Assembly: GCA_036338595.1 (NCBI GenBank)
Contig: JAYZBV010000037.1
Span: 32,001 to 96,000, forward strand
DNA from: Planctomycetota bacterium
Lineage (GTDB): Bacteria > Planctomycetota > UBA8108 > UBA1146
Direction of reading: 5' to 3'
Length of the DNA: 64,000 nt
Position numbers and translations under genes: made by a program. Shown here in pieces: positions 37,222 to 47,547 of the stretch. Each line of letters starts with the position of its first letter. Within the stretch, counting starts at the first letter, position 1. Under the pieces are notes generated by a model that saw nothing but the letters and a program-made list of their open reading frames with translations, was not told the DNA's origin and did no database searches.

Positions 37222-38139
37222 TCAACGATCTCGCTCCTGTCGCTCCAGGACAGAATCCAGAATGCCAATGTAGGAGCGATAGCGAAGCGGATGAATCCGT
37301 TCCTGCTCGATCGCCGCCAGCACCCCGCAGCCCGGTTCCTGACGGTGGAGGCAGTCCCGAAATTTGCAGCGGCTGACCTCAGGAGCCAGATCCGGCATGC
37401 AACTGGCGAGCTCCAGAGGATCGAGACCCCACAATGCCCAGTCCCTGAAACCGGGCGTATCGATGATGGATGTGTCCTCTCCGGCAGGATGCCAGGTCAC
37501 CGCGGATGTGGTGTGCTTGCCCTTCTCGTTGTGATCGCTCACAGGAGCCGTACGGATCTCGATGCCGAGCACCCTGGAGATGAGCGAGGACTTTCCGACA
37601 CCACTGGGACCGGTCAACACCGTGGCCTTCCCGGCGATTCGATCCCTGAATTCTTCCAGTCCCAGTGAGGATTCCACGGATGTGTGAATCACGTCCACGC
37701 CAATTTTCGGATAGATCGACAATCGTTCCTGCAGTTCATCGGGAACACCAAGATCCATCTTGTTGAGAACCAGAAATGCTGGCAGATTGCTCGACGAGGC
37801 GGCCATGAGGAGTCGGTCCAGTGCTCCAAACTTGATGGTGGGACGAGCTACCGAGAATACGCAGGCAACCTGGTCCAGGTTTGCGGCAAGGATCAGTTCG
37901 CGGGCCTTGCCCACATCTCTTCGACGAGAGATCCAAACCTTGCGTTCCTCAACCGATACGATGCGTCCGTCTGGTCCACCATCGGACTCCGCTGTCAACT
38001 CGACCTCGACCCAGTCCCCGACGACGATCGCAATTCGCCCATCTTTTCGGAGGCGGCCGGCCAGTTCGCACCTGTAGTCTCGCCCCGATGCGTGCACTGT
38101 CACGCCACGGCTCGATCTGAAGACCACCTGCGCCCGCAT
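37222..38139 (-). CDS. rsgA: Ribosome small subunit-dependent GTPase
   Basis: VVGDWV, ANLD, NKMD, GPSGVGKSS, GKHTT, DTPG, CKFRDCLHRQEPGC. Confidence 0.95.
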   Translation of the reverse strand: MRAQVVFRSSRGVTVHASGRDYRCELAGRLRKDGRIAIVVGDWVEVELTAESDGGPDGRIVSVEERKVWISRRRDVGKARELILAANLDQVACVFSVARPTIKFGALDRLLMAASSSNLPAFLVLNKMDLGVPDELQERLSIYPKIGVDVIHTSVESSLGLEEFRDRIAGKATVLTGPSGVGKSSLISRVLGIEIRTAPVSDHNEKGKHTTSAVTWHPAGEDTSIIDTPGFRDWALWGLDPLELASCMPDLAPEVSRCKFRDCLHRQEPGCGVLAAIEQERIHPLRYRSYIGILDSVLERQERDR

Positions 38140-38145
38140 CGGCAA

Positions 38146-39564
38146 CTAGACCAGCAACTCGGTGAGGTGATCCTCATCGGGTCGGGGTAGACAATCGACA
38201 ACCTCGTCAAGATAGCGGATGGTCTGGATCGCAGCCCTGCCTGTGAACCGATCGGCATCCCACGGTGGCAGACTCGCCGCGACTTCACCGAGTACATCAT
38301 CGGACTCTATCAACGCCCTCAGAGGATTATCCTTGCCCTCCAGTACCGCTTCCCTGGCACTCCATGCGTGCTCCCGGATCCTCTCATGAAGTTGCTGTCG
38401 ATCCCCTCCTCTACAGACCCCCTCCATCAGCAACTCCTCGGCTGCCATGAATGGAAGATGCTCTTCGATCCTGCGTGAGCGAACCCGATCATGTACGACC
38501 AGCCCAGAAAATACATTTCTGGCCGTGATCAAGATCGCATCGATGGCAAGAAATGCTGCTGGCAGAGCCACCCGGCGCTGTGCGCTGTCGTCGAGAGTAC
38601 GCTCCATCCACTGGTTCGCCGCCAACTGAGCCAGACCGGGAGCGATCGTCATCACATGTCGCGCAAGTCCGCACATCCGCTCACAACGCATCGGGTTGCG
38701 TTTGTACGGCATCGCTGAAGATCCAACCTGCGTCGATTCGAAGGGTTCCTCCACCTCTCCCCAGGATTGCAACAGCCGGATGTCTGTGGCCGCCTTGTGA
38801 ATTGCGACCGCGACGTCGGTCAACCTGCAGACGATCCGGTGATCCCATAGACGCGGATAGGTCTGACCGCATAGCGGAAACACCCTGGAGAAGCCGAGTT
38901 CCTTTGCGAGTGCCTGCTCCAGCTGATCTACCCGGTCCCCATCTCCTTCACACAATTGCAAGAAGGTTGCCTGTGTACCCGTTGTCCCCTTCAATCCGCG
39001 CAGTTGAAGTTGCTCGATCAGGTCCTCGATCTGGTCGTAGCACTCGACCAGATCCTGAAGCCACAACGAAGATCTTTTGCCGATGGTTGTCAGTTGAGCT
39101 GGCTGAAGGTGAGTCAACCCGAGAGTCGGTACGGATGCGTACTCCCTGCAGAATGTGGAGAGCGCATGTATCGTTCTGAGCATCCGGTCTCGAACGATCC
39201 CCAGCGCCTCCTTGAGGATGACGAGATCCCCATTGTCGGTAACAAAGCAGGAAGTCGCTCCCAGGTGAATGACCCCCGCAGCATCCGGAGCCACCTCTCC
39301 ATAGTGGTGAATGTGAGCCATCACATCGTGGCGAGTTTCGCTTTCGATCTCGGCAACTCGATCGAGGTCGATCTGATCCCTGGCTTGCTCCAGCGATTTC
39401 ACCTGTGCATCCGTGACAGGGAGACCAGCGTCCCTCTCGACCCTCGCAAGAGCGATCCAGATGTCTCGCCAGGTCAACGCCCTGCGCCCGGGTGAGAACA
39501 GTTTTTGCATCACATCCGACGCATATCGGTGAGCTACCGGGTCGATGTACTGATCGTGATTCAA
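38146..39564 (-). CDS. purB: Adenylosuccinate lyase
   Basis: RHDVMAH, HLGATS, THLQPAQ, GSSAMPYKRNP, ERTLDDSA; start uncertain (TTG 39564 chosen). Confidence 0.93.
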   Translation of the reverse strand: MNHDQYIDPVAHRYASDVMQKLFSPGRRALTWRDIWIALARVERDAGLPVTDAQVKSLEQARDQIDLDRVAEIESETRHDVMAHIHHYGEVAPDAAGVIHLGATSCFVTDNGDLVILKEALGIVRDRMLRTIHALSTFCREYASVPTLGLTHLQPAQLTTIGKRSSLWLQDLVECYDQIEDLIEQLQLRGLKGTTGTQATFLQLCEGDGDRVDQLEQALAKELGFSRVFPLCGQTYPRLWDHRIVCRLTDVAVAIHKAATDIRLLQSWGEVEEPFESTQVGSSAMPYKRNPMRCERMCGLARHVMTIAPGLAQLAANQWMERTLDDSAQRRVALPAAFLAIDAILITARNVFSGLVVHDRVRSRRIEEHLPFMAAEELLMEGVCRGGDRQQLHERIREHAWSAREAVLEGKDNPLRALIESDDVLGEVAASLPPWDADRFTGRAAIQTIRYLDEVVDCLPRPDEDHLTELLV

Positions 39565-39757
39565 CGTTTCCCGGCCTCTCTGGCCATCGTGGTTGTTATC
39601 GAAGAGCACACTTCAGAATTCCGCCCTGGATGCCGATTCAAAGGGTGGACCCTGTTACGAGATCGATCCGAGGTCATGGCCCCCCCCGGAGAAAGGATCA
39701 TCGCCCTTGCAGTACACCCCCGTCAACTGCTCCCATGCATCGGGATGGCGACTTCTT

Positions 39758-41365
39758 ATGCCCAGGATCGCCACCACCTGGGCATTGCTGCTGCTCATCT
39801 GCTCCACCTCACTGCCTGCCGATGAGGTGCAGTTGAAGAATGGCCACATGTTGCGGGGAAGGGTCGTTTCCGACGATGGCAAGCAGGTGCTACTGCAGGT
39901 TCCTGAGGGAAAGATGTGGATCCGCCGATCCCAGATCGAATCGATCCTGCGGCTATCCTCCGGAAATTCGCTGATCGAGGAGTGCCACCGTCGCCTGGAG
40001 CGAGGCTCCCCCGGATCCGCACTTCCCTTCCTGCGTCGTGAGTTTCACACCTCACCCCACCGCGATGAAGTGCTTGGCATCTATCGCAACAGCCTGCTCG
40101 CAGAGGTGACCCTGCTACTCGATCGGGGAAAAGTGGACCCAGCGCTCTCGCTCTGGAAGGAGTACTGTTCGCTTCCTGGGAGCAAACCTGAATCACTCCC
40201 GCTTCGATCCCGTATTTTTTCAGGCGAACAGTTGCTGGCCACTCTTGAAGGACAGATTCACCGCTCGCTCGAGGCGAACAGACCCGATGATGCGCTGGAT
40301 GGTATCGGACAGTTGCTCGATCGATTCCCGTCCGAGGCCTGGAAATGGTCAGAAATCCGGATCGATGTGATGGTCGAGTCCGCTCGCAGATTGCATGACT
40401 CTGGCGATCTATCCGCAGCGGCTCCGATGCTGGTGGAAGCGACCATCTTGCGTCCTCAATTGATCTCGAGGGTACGTAGCGCCATGGCACACTGTGCATC
40501 CAACGGTTTCGGCCTCTCCCTCGAAGAAGCTCTGGAACTCGATCCCGATGAGCCCGCCCTGCACCTCGCCGCTGCTCAGGACGCTCGCCTCCGTGGATTC
40601 ATTTTCCTTCAATCGAAGCACCTCACTCGCGTGCGAGAACTGGTCGGAAACGAGATCGTGCCGAGCAGGATCGAACAAGAATTGCGGCAGCGGGCGAGCC
40701 AGGAACTCGCCGGGATGCCTGCGCAGAATCCGTCCGTTCAGCAGTTGCTCGAGAGAACCAAACAGCAGCTCTGGAAGCGATGGAGACTGCCACACTCTCC
40801 ACCCACCACAACTCCCGTTCGCATCCATGAAGATGTCGAATCGATGCGTGAAACGCTGGGCCTCGACTGCGGACCAGCGATCCTGATCAGCCAGATGCAA
40901 TATGGCCGAATCCTCTCCGAAACGCTTCATCTGGCGCCAGAAACACCTTTCCTGGATCAGGACGCGCTGCCACGTGAACTGATGCGCAGATATCTTCCCC
41001 TGATCCTGGGCCAACCTCGTGACCTCCCTCCCTGGCTGGAGGAAGGACTCTGTTCCATCTCCAGGGGAAGCCTGGCTCTGGCCCGAGACCGGATGTTGCT
41101 CTCCCGGGCCAGTGCACTCGAAACACTTCCAGATCTCTCACAGTTGACCTCGATGCCGGGCAGCATCGATGACGAGGTCTTCCGAGCAGCATGCGGGTCG
41201 TTGGTGGCCTGGATCATTGAAGATGTGCCCCTGGTGCTGCTTCCTGACCTTCTCGACCTGCTGGCGACAACCGAACTGGAGCATTGCTTGAGCAAGGTCA
41301 CCGGGGCCGATACCTTGCTCGAACTGCAACAGGCCTGGATCCGGAGGCTAGACTCCGGTTCCTGA
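39758..41365 (+). CDS. Secreted LKNG-domain/TPR protein with degenerate gluzincin-like C-terminus
   Basis: Signal peptide, EVQLKNGHMLRGRVV, helical repeats, LPRELMRR...LPPWLEEGL; start moved to ATG 39758. Confidence 0.72.
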   Translation: MPRIATTWALLLLICSTSLPADEVQLKNGHMLRGRVVSDDGKQVLLQVPEGKMWIRRSQIESILRLSSGNSLIEECHRRLERGSPGSALPFLRREFHTSPHRDEVLGIYRNSLLAEVTLLLDRGKVDPALSLWKEYCSLPGSKPESLPLRSRIFSGEQLLATLEGQIHRSLEANRPDDALDGIGQLLDRFPSEAWKWSEIRIDVMVESARRLHDSGDLSAAAPMLVEATILRPQLISRVRSAMAHCASNGFGLSLEEALELDPDEPALHLAAAQDARLRGFIFLQSKHLTRVRELVGNEIVPSRIEQELRQRASQELAGMPAQNPSVQQLLERTKQQLWKRWRLPHSPPTTTPVRIHEDVESMRETLGLDCGPAILISQMQYGRILSETLHLAPETPFLDQDALPRELMRRYLPLILGQPRDLPPWLEEGLCSISRGSLALARDRMLLSRASALETLPDLSQLTSMPGSIDDEVFRAACGSLVAWIIEDVPLVLLPDLLDLLATTELEHCLSKVTGADTLLELQQAWIRRLDSGS

Positions 41366-41392
41366 TGGGCAGCAATTCGATGGGGAGTCGGG

Positions 41393-42187
41393 ATGTTCGA
41401 GCACTTCAGGCAGGGCTTTGGGCGGCTCCGCAACCGGGTGGCAGGTTCCGTTGCCACCTCCGGTGCGGCTGCCACGAGGCCTGCGCAGGAGGGTCCTCAC
41501 CGCAGAAAAGATGAGCTGCTACAGAACGCTGCCATCGGATCCGTGCTGTTGCACCTGATGGCCCTGCTACTGATTCCATCTCCTGGAGCATCTTCACAGA
41601 GTACTCCTCAACCGCGGATCACTCTTCACACATCGGTTTCCGAATTGCCTGATCCAGCCCCCCCGGCCGAGTCCATCGAAGGCGCCAAACACGTGCCAGA
41701 AGAGCCCGAGAATCTGACCGACCCCGAGCAATATCAGAGGACCGAGCTCCCCACCCCCGCTGCTGAAGAAGTTGCGGAAATGGCGATCCCATCCCCTGGA
41801 GCCGCCGATCCCGAGGCCACCGCTGACCTCGACGGTAGCCGCGTCACATCCTTGCTGCAGGAGACCAGAGATGCGCTCGCCAGGGATCAGACCAGAGAGC
41901 GCTGGTTGATGCTCGAAGTGCGAGAAAAAATCAGGGCAAATCTAGCTCAACTGCAACAGAAGGAAACAAGGATCACCGTGGGACCGGGCGAGGCCAGTTG
42001 CCTGCTCGGATTTTTCATCGATGCCGATGGATGGATCTTTGACATCAGTTTGCGTCCTGCACCTGGAATCCAGATCGATGCCATCGCGATTCGTGATGCC
42101 ATCGCCATCTTGAACCCGCTCACCCCTCCTCCAGCGGTGATCACTCCCCCCATCCGACTCCACCTGCGGGTGGACTTTCTGGAGTGA
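41393..42187 (+). CDS. TonB/TolA-like membrane-anchored protein
   Basis: TM with SVLLH (SxxxH motif), Pro/Glu-rich linker, C-terminal F.IDADG.I....PLTPPP. Confidence 0.65.
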   Translation: MFEHFRQGFGRLRNRVAGSVATSGAAATRPAQEGPHRRKDELLQNAAIGSVLLHLMALLLIPSPGASSQSTPQPRITLHTSVSELPDPAPPAESIEGAKHVPEEPENLTDPEQYQRTELPTPAAEEVAEMAIPSPGAADPEATADLDGSRVTSLLQETRDALARDQTRERWLMLEVREKIRANLAQLQQKETRITVGPGEASCLLGFFIDADGWIFDISLRPAPGIQIDAIAIRDAIAILNPLTPPPAVITPPIRLHLRVDFLE

Positions 42188-42189
42188 AG

Positions 42190-43566
42190 ATGGCGAGTTC
42201 ACTTCCTGCCACCGTGTCCGGATTCATGACCCGGGTCGTTCCTGCGCATTTGAAGCGCTACGTAGTCGCCCTCTCGGGAGGAGCGGACTCCGTCGCCCTG
42301 CTCTCTCTATGCAGGCGCTGGTCGCAGGCTCAGGAGAACCGACCGGAGTGTGAGGCACTTCATGTTCACCATGGACTGCGTGGGGAGGAGGCGGACCGCG
42401 ATGCCAGGCACTGCGCCCGGATCTGCTCTCAACTACAGGTTGCGCTTCATGTCGTATCGGAACCGATCGAGTTGGCGGCCAGTTGTCCCGGAGTGTCGAT
42501 CGAAACCGCCGGAAGAGACGCTCGAAGAAGGCGCTTCGCTGAGGTGTGTCGGTCCAGATCCACTTCGCTGCTACTGACCGGTCACCACGGAGACGATCAA
42601 GCGGAGACGGTGCTTGGCAACCTGCTTCGGGGTTGTGGGCTGCGAGGGCTTCGCGCAATGGAAGGCGTTTCACACATCGATTCGAGCCAGCTCACCATCG
42701 CGAGGCCGCTCCTCACCAGTTTCAGATCTGAAATCGAGGAGTACCTGCTGGAAGTGGGGCTCGAGGGGATCGAGGACCTCAGCAATCGCTCCAGAGATCA
42801 CCGCCGGAACAGGATTCGCATCGACCTGCTCCCGATGTTGAAGGGAGAGTCCCCGGAGGTCGTCTCTCACCTGCTCGCACTCTCGGACGAGGCCAAATCG
42901 CGCTGGAATGTCGTGCGAGGAAGAATTGACTCCGCTCTGCAGTGTGCACACCTCTCCGGTTCGAGGATTTCACTTCCTCCCGAATGCTGGCAATTCGTGG
43001 CGGGACCCGAGATCGGAGACCTGCTGCGCCAGGCTGTACATCTCGCTACAGGCGAGGAAGGCGGCCTGAACCGTGAACACCTCACCTCGCTGGAGAGGCT
43101 CGCGACCGGGACATCGCGCTCCGCCTCGCTCGATCTTCCAGGTCAAAGGAGAGCCATTCGATGCGGAGGCTGGCTTCACATCGGACCCATCCCCGAGGTT
43201 CAGCCTGCCGCTGAGCCGATCCGGATTCAGATGGAGCCGGGATCGCACAGAGTGCTGCAGGGCATCGAATGGACATCACTCGTCGACCACCCACTGACGA
43301 TCCGCACTCTATATCCGGGAGAAAGGTGCCCAGGACGACAGGCTACCATCGAAGAGGAGTTGCGAATTCGTGGAGTGCCACCGGGGCCCCGAAAGGAGTG
43401 GCCACTGGTGGTCGATCAGGCAGATTCAGTGTGCTGGTTTGCAGGAGAGGCCGACGAGGGCCCTGACCGAGCACGTGCGCCGGTGGCACTGCAGGTCGCA
43501 GTGCCGGATCCGCAACAGGAACTGTCGTACCACCTACTGCGGATACTGGCACGATCCGGGCGTTGA
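42190..43566 (+). CDS. tilS: tRNA(Ile)-lysidine synthetase
   Basis: ALSGGADS, HVHHGLR, E..GR..R, TGHHGDDQAET, RPLL, DLSN, RNRIR. Confidence 0.93.
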   Translation: MASSLPATVSGFMTRVVPAHLKRYVVALSGGADSVALLSLCRRWSQAQENRPECEALHVHHGLRGEEADRDARHCARICSQLQVALHVVSEPIELAASCPGVSIETAGRDARRRRFAEVCRSRSTSLLLTGHHGDDQAETVLGNLLRGCGLRGLRAMEGVSHIDSSQLTIARPLLTSFRSEIEEYLLEVGLEGIEDLSNRSRDHRRNRIRIDLLPMLKGESPEVVSHLLALSDEAKSRWNVVRGRIDSALQCAHLSGSRISLPPECWQFVAGPEIGDLLRQAVHLATGEEGGLNREHLTSLERLATGTSRSASLDLPGQRRAIRCGGWLHIGPIPEVQPAAEPIRIQMEPGSHRVLQGIEWTSLVDHPLTIRTLYPGERCPGRQATIEEELRIRGVPPGPRKEWPLVVDQADSVCWFAGEADEGPDRARAPVALQVAVPDPQQELSYHLLRILARSGR

Positions 43567-43634
43567 ATGACGCAGTCGATCGGCAGGTTCAGTCCAGATT
43601 CACGATGGCGGGCAACCGACTGCGGCAGATCGGA

Positions 43635-44858
43635 TCATCGCTGCTTCGAGATGCATTGGACCAGGCCCGTGCCATCGACAACGGCTATCACCGTCTCTGA
43701 CAGCATCAACACACCAACGGTGCCGGAACAGTCAAGGGTCCATCTTGGCGAACCATCCTCAGCATCCAGTGAGTTTAATTTCCCACTGGTATCGGTCGTC
43801 CAGATTTCATCGCTGGTCGCAGATACGATTCTGGAAAATCCATCCTGGCGCCACTTCTCGCTGCCGTCGGCGATATCGAGGCATGCGAGAACCTGCTCGG
43901 GCGCATCGCTGATTCGGTCATCTCGCAGTGTCACGAAGATCGAATTTCCTGCGAGTACTGGACTGCTGAGAACAGGCAGACCGAGTGAGGCTTGCCAGTT
44001 GAGATACGACTCTTCGCCCACATCCGAGAGGCAGTACAACTTGGTGTCACGGGAACCGACGTAAACTCGATCCGCGGATACGGTAGGCGATGTTTCGATG
44101 GAAGAGAGTGTCTTGAAGGTCCAACTATCGCCCTTGGAATATCCTGCGCCCTGTTTGACGCAGTAAACCGCTCCGTCCTCACTGCTGACATAACTGCGCC
44201 CGGCAACGTTGGTCGGAGTCGCAGTGATCCCTCCGGCTGTGAGATAGGTCCACTTGACGAACCGGTCCTTCTTGGAGACTCCGTAGATGCGCATATCGTA
44301 GCCACCGACAACAAGGTACTCGATGCCAGGTGCCACTGAAGTAGAGATGGGGAAGTTGCAGCGGATTCGATAGCTCCTGGCTCCATATAAATCATCGATG
44401 CAGTGAATCATTCCCCGCTCAACAATGAACAACTCATCCGGATTCTCATTGCGAATCTCTTCCGGGTAAACATACACGGAGGGAGCGAAGTCTAGCGGCA
44501 CCTGCAAGGGGTAGGTCCACTGCGGTAATCCAGATTCACCGCTCACCTTGATGAGCACGTGGTCGTTCGATTTGCTGGAGGAGACGAGGTAAAGGTTGCC
44601 ATTGGCCTCGAAGGCCTGCTGAATCCTGCCCGGGTGATGGTAGGACCAATCGATGTTCAGGCCCATCGGTGCGACCTGATGGTCGCTGAATCCCTCACCT
44701 CCACGCGAGGAGGTGACATTGACGGGATTGCTGGCAACGGCTTCAGAATCTGGAGTCGTATCAGTTCTGTAGAATGATCCTGAACCACAGCCGATGAGAA
44801 GTGCCATCGATGTCAGGATGATGCTGGCCTGCAAGGCCAGGGATGCTCTCGAGTTCAT
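43635..44858 (-). CDS. PQQ-type beta-propeller lipoprotein (BamB-like)
   Basis: Lipobox LLIGC; repeated VGSRDTKLYCL / SEDGAVYC / G...W blades. Confidence 0.8.
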   Translation of the reverse strand: MNSRASLALQASIILTSMALLIGCGSGSFYRTDTTPDSEAVASNPVNVTSSRGGEGFSDHQVAPMGLNIDWSYHHPGRIQQAFEANGNLYLVSSSKSNDHVLIKVSGESGLPQWTYPLQVPLDFAPSVYVYPEEIRNENPDELFIVERGMIHCIDDLYGARSYRIRCNFPISTSVAPGIEYLVVGGYDMRIYGVSKKDRFVKWTYLTAGGITATPTNVAGRSYVSSEDGAVYCVKQGAGYSKGDSWTFKTLSSIETSPTVSADRVYVGSRDTKLYCLSDVGEESYLNWQASLGLPVLSSPVLAGNSIFVTLRDDRISDAPEQVLACLDIADGSEKWRQDGFSRIVSATSDEIWTTDTSGKLNSLDAEDGSPRWTLDCSGTVGVLMLSETVIAVVDGTGLVQCISKQR

Positions 44859-44920
44859 TCGCTCGGTACTCCCGTTCCAGAACCTCGAAATCTCACCGGA
44901 GTGATCTTCAAGGCTCCTGT

Positions 44921-45202
44921 CTATTGTTCATCCTCGAGGTATTCCCCGAGGTCGATATCATGCTGTCTCTCGTAATCGATCAACTTCTGTATCCTGAGGA
45001 TATCCGCTTCGATCGTCTCCGAGAGTTCAAACAGGTGAGGCTTTTTCTTGAGACGTGCCTCAAGATCAACCGTCATTTCTTTCCACGATCCCTCGTATAG
45101 TTCTTCTCGCAGCACGAGCAGCGTTCGCTCCTGCCGAGACAGCCGCTGCAGAAATTCGCGATGGTCCGCGGTCACTGCGGCTCTCCCCCTGTCGTAACCC
45201 AT
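44921..45202 (-). CDS. Hypothetical protein
   Basis: 93-aa helical ORF co-oriented and tightly packed between its neighbours. Confidence 0.7.
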   Translation of the reverse strand: MGYDRGRAAVTADHREFLQRLSRQERTLLVLREELYEGSWKEMTVDLEARLKKKPHLFELSETIEADILRIQKLIDYERQHDIDLGEYLEDEQ

Positions 45203-45215
45203 CGGTGCCAGATCC

Positions 45216-45941
45216 TCAGGATCCGGAGAATTCGTGGGTCACATCGACCCATTTCTTCTTTTCAAACTGGAAGGAGTCCATCGAGGTGAAGAACTCGTCT
45301 CCTGGACGATGGAACTCCAGCCGCATCACCCGCTCGGTCAGCCTGACACCGTTGTTCGGTAATTCCTCGACCTGAATATCGTCGATCAGCCCATGGACAT
45401 CGATGATGATTCGATCCGCTTCCGGATCGATGGCATTGAAGATAGCAACACATTCACGTTTATCGCCTGCGGCAAAATCGATTCCCAGTTCTCCAGCACC
45501 ATTTTTCTTGAGCATGTCAACCCGTGAGAAGAGTCGCTTACGCTCACGACGCTCGACTGCTTTTTCTACCCAAGGAAGGGCAATGTCAGTGTAGCGATGG
45601 TTCTTGTCGGAACTGGCCATCATGCCGAGATGGAAGGTCGAGTCGATACCGCTCTTGTTCTCGATGGTGTAGGGCAGATACCAGTAGGTCCGTCCGCTCG
45701 CTGGAACTCCATCCGGGCGAAGATCGTTTCCCTTGCCGCCAAAGATGGTGATCTGACGAGGCCGCTCGAACTTCAATTCGAGTCGGGCAATCCCCGGATC
45801 GTCCTGAGCATCGAGTGAAAATACACCACCCGAGAACCCGGCCAGAATCATCACCATCAACAGTGCCAGTCCGGGTCTTGCCCAGCTACCTGGAATTGAA
45901 ATCACTCGTGAATGTGTCTTCAGCACAGTGGCGTCGATCAT
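45216..45941 (-). CDS. Exported hypothetical protein
   Basis: Hydrophobic N-terminus, beta-rich body (YWYLPYTIEN); RBS GGAGG. Confidence 0.75.
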   Translation of the reverse strand: MIDATVLKTHSRVISIPGSWARPGLALLMVMILAGFSGGVFSLDAQDDPGIARLELKFERPRQITIFGGKGNDLRPDGVPASGRTYWYLPYTIENKSGIDSTFHLGMMASSDKNHRYTDIALPWVEKAVERRERKRLFSRVDMLKKNGAGELGIDFAAGDKRECVAIFNAIDPEADRIIIDVHGLIDDIQVEELPNNGVRLTERVMRLEFHRPGDEFFTSMDSFQFEKKKWVDVTHEFSGS

Positions 45942-46310
45942 GCTAATGCCTCCCCGAGAGAGCCAATGATGCCAGGTCCATTTCTGGACCCATCGGCTCC
46001 CGATTGCTTTCCTGGCTCGACCGAAATCGAGTTCTTTCCGAGGTATTTCCGACCAGCAATTCTGGACCCCAGCAACGGGATCCGATCGATGGCGTGGAAG
46101 GAAGGATCATAGCAACCGAACATCCTGGGTGTCAACGGACCCGAAGGCTGGCAAATCGATTCCGTTGCCCTTATCATGTCTTTCCGGGGCACCCCAGAGC
46201 CCTGGAGGATCTCGACGGATCCGGTGGCCATCCTGCCCAGGGAGTCTTCCGGCGAGTACCTCCAGAATCCCAGCAGGATCCCATGCCCCACCCGGAAGGA
46301 GATATCAGAT

Positions 46311-46928
46311 ATGAGATACCAGGCTTCTCACGAGAAGACCTCTGACATTCGCGAAAGATCGGACGGGTTCACCCTGGTGGAACTGCTCGTCGTGATCGCG
46401 ATCATCGGCACATTGGCTGCAATGTTCTCGGGGAACATCCTCAGTGCGCTCAGAAAAGGCGACGAGGTCAGTTGCACCAATAACCTGAGGAACATGGGAC
46501 AAGCAGCGATTGCTTACGCACTGGATAGGAACTTCTTCCCGGTAGCAAAAGGCAAGAATCCTCCTGCCTACGAGTCGCTCAATGTTCTCCTTTCTTCATC
46601 CGAGGGATCAGACCTCAGTCCCGATGTCTTCGTCTGCCCGGCGTCCACCGAGGAAAGAGCAGAGAAAGATGACAGGAATAAGTTTGTCCTCGATGAAATG
46701 ACAAACTCATACGCCTGGCTCGGAAAAAAGACCAAGGCGTCCACCAGCGCATCGACTGCTCTCGGGGCCGATGATTCCATCGGCGACAAGGAGAATGGCA
46801 TCGATGAGAACCACGAAGCCTTCCTCATGGTCGTATACGCAGGTGGTGATGTGCAGAAGGTGCCCGTGGAGGAAATGCGCGAAGGCAAGGTACTTCCTGG
46901 ATCGCTGGTCGATCAGGGTGGCGAGTAA
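46311..46928 (+). CDS. Type IV pilin/pseudopilin-like protein with class III signal
   Basis: G/FTLVELLVVIAII with E at +5, CTNNLRNMG.A, FVCP, NH..; ATG 46311 after GAAGGAG. Confidence 0.88.
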   Translation: MRYQASHEKTSDIRERSDGFTLVELLVVIAIIGTLAAMFSGNILSALRKGDEVSCTNNLRNMGQAAIAYALDRNFFPVAKGKNPPAYESLNVLLSSSEGSDLSPDVFVCPASTEERAEKDDRNKFVLDEMTNSYAWLGKKTKASTSASTALGADDSIGDKENGIDENHEAFLMVVYAGGDVQKVPVEEMREGKVLPGSLVDQGGE

Positions 46929-46960
46929 CCACGGTTTCGAGGTAACTTCGCATCAACGAG

Positions 46961-47004
46961 CAACAGGTGTCAGGGATTCATCCCTGACACCTGTTGTTTT
47001 TTTT
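46961..47004 (+). terminator. Rho-independent terminator
   Basis: CAACAGGTGTCAGGGA-ttca-TCCCTGACACCTGTTG then T8. Confidence 0.92.
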
Positions 47005-47046
47005 GCCATCGCGTAGCTGACAGGCCATCTGCGTTTCACTTCTTCA

Positions 47047-47244
47047 TCAGTCAGTCTCTGCTGGCAGCCCATCCGGAAAGTCATCGGATTCCAGCGGTCG
47101 CTGGCCAATCTTGTACTGATTTCTTAGCCAACCGCCAAGATCCCGATCCCGGCAACTGTCACTACAAAAGGGAAAGCAGCGAGATCCCTTCTCCACTGGA
47201 GAGTTTGGATCCTTGCATACGAGGCAAAGCAATTTGCGTTTCAA
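47047..47244 (-). CDS. yacG: DNA gyrase inhibitor YacG
   Basis: CLVC...FPFCSDSCRDRDLGGWL, acidic tail. Confidence 0.85.
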   Translation of the reverse strand: MKRKLLCLVCKDPNSPVEKGSRCFPFCSDSCRDRDLGGWLRNQYKIGQRPLESDDFPDGLPAETD

Positions 47245-47546
47245 GATGATGATCCATCTTTGCTCTTCGGCTTCGACGAACTGTCGCCGTCGGTCTTTTC
47301 CTTCTTGGGAGACTCCTTCGATGCCGCTCCCGACTCTTCCTTTTGCCGTTTCTTGTAATCAGAACTGCGGTAGTCAGTCTCGTAAAATCCACTGCCTTTG
47401 AAAAGGATGCCGCCTCCGGCTCCGATGAGGCGCTTGAGCTTTTTTTCTCCGCACTCGGAACAGGTGCGCTTCAACTTCTCATCTACTTTTTGAAACAGTT
47501 CAAAACGGTGATCGCAATGCTCGCACAGATAATCGTAGGTTGGCAT
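47241..47546 (-). CDS. FmdB-family zinc-ribbon protein
   Basis: MPTYDYLCEHC...CSECG...FKGSGFYETDY, Lys/Ser-rich tail. Confidence 0.92.
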   Translation of the reverse strand: MPTYDYLCEHCDHRFELFQKVDEKLKRTCSECGEKKLKRLIGAGGGILFKGSGFYETDYRSSDYKKRQKEESGAASKESPKKEKTDGDSSSKPKSKDGSSS

Positions 47547-47547
47547 C

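Noticed and set aside
46149..46163. Sigma54/PilR promoter for the pilin-like gene (TGGCAAATCGATTCC)
   Set aside because: The -12 element is TTCC rather than TTGC; too weak to call.
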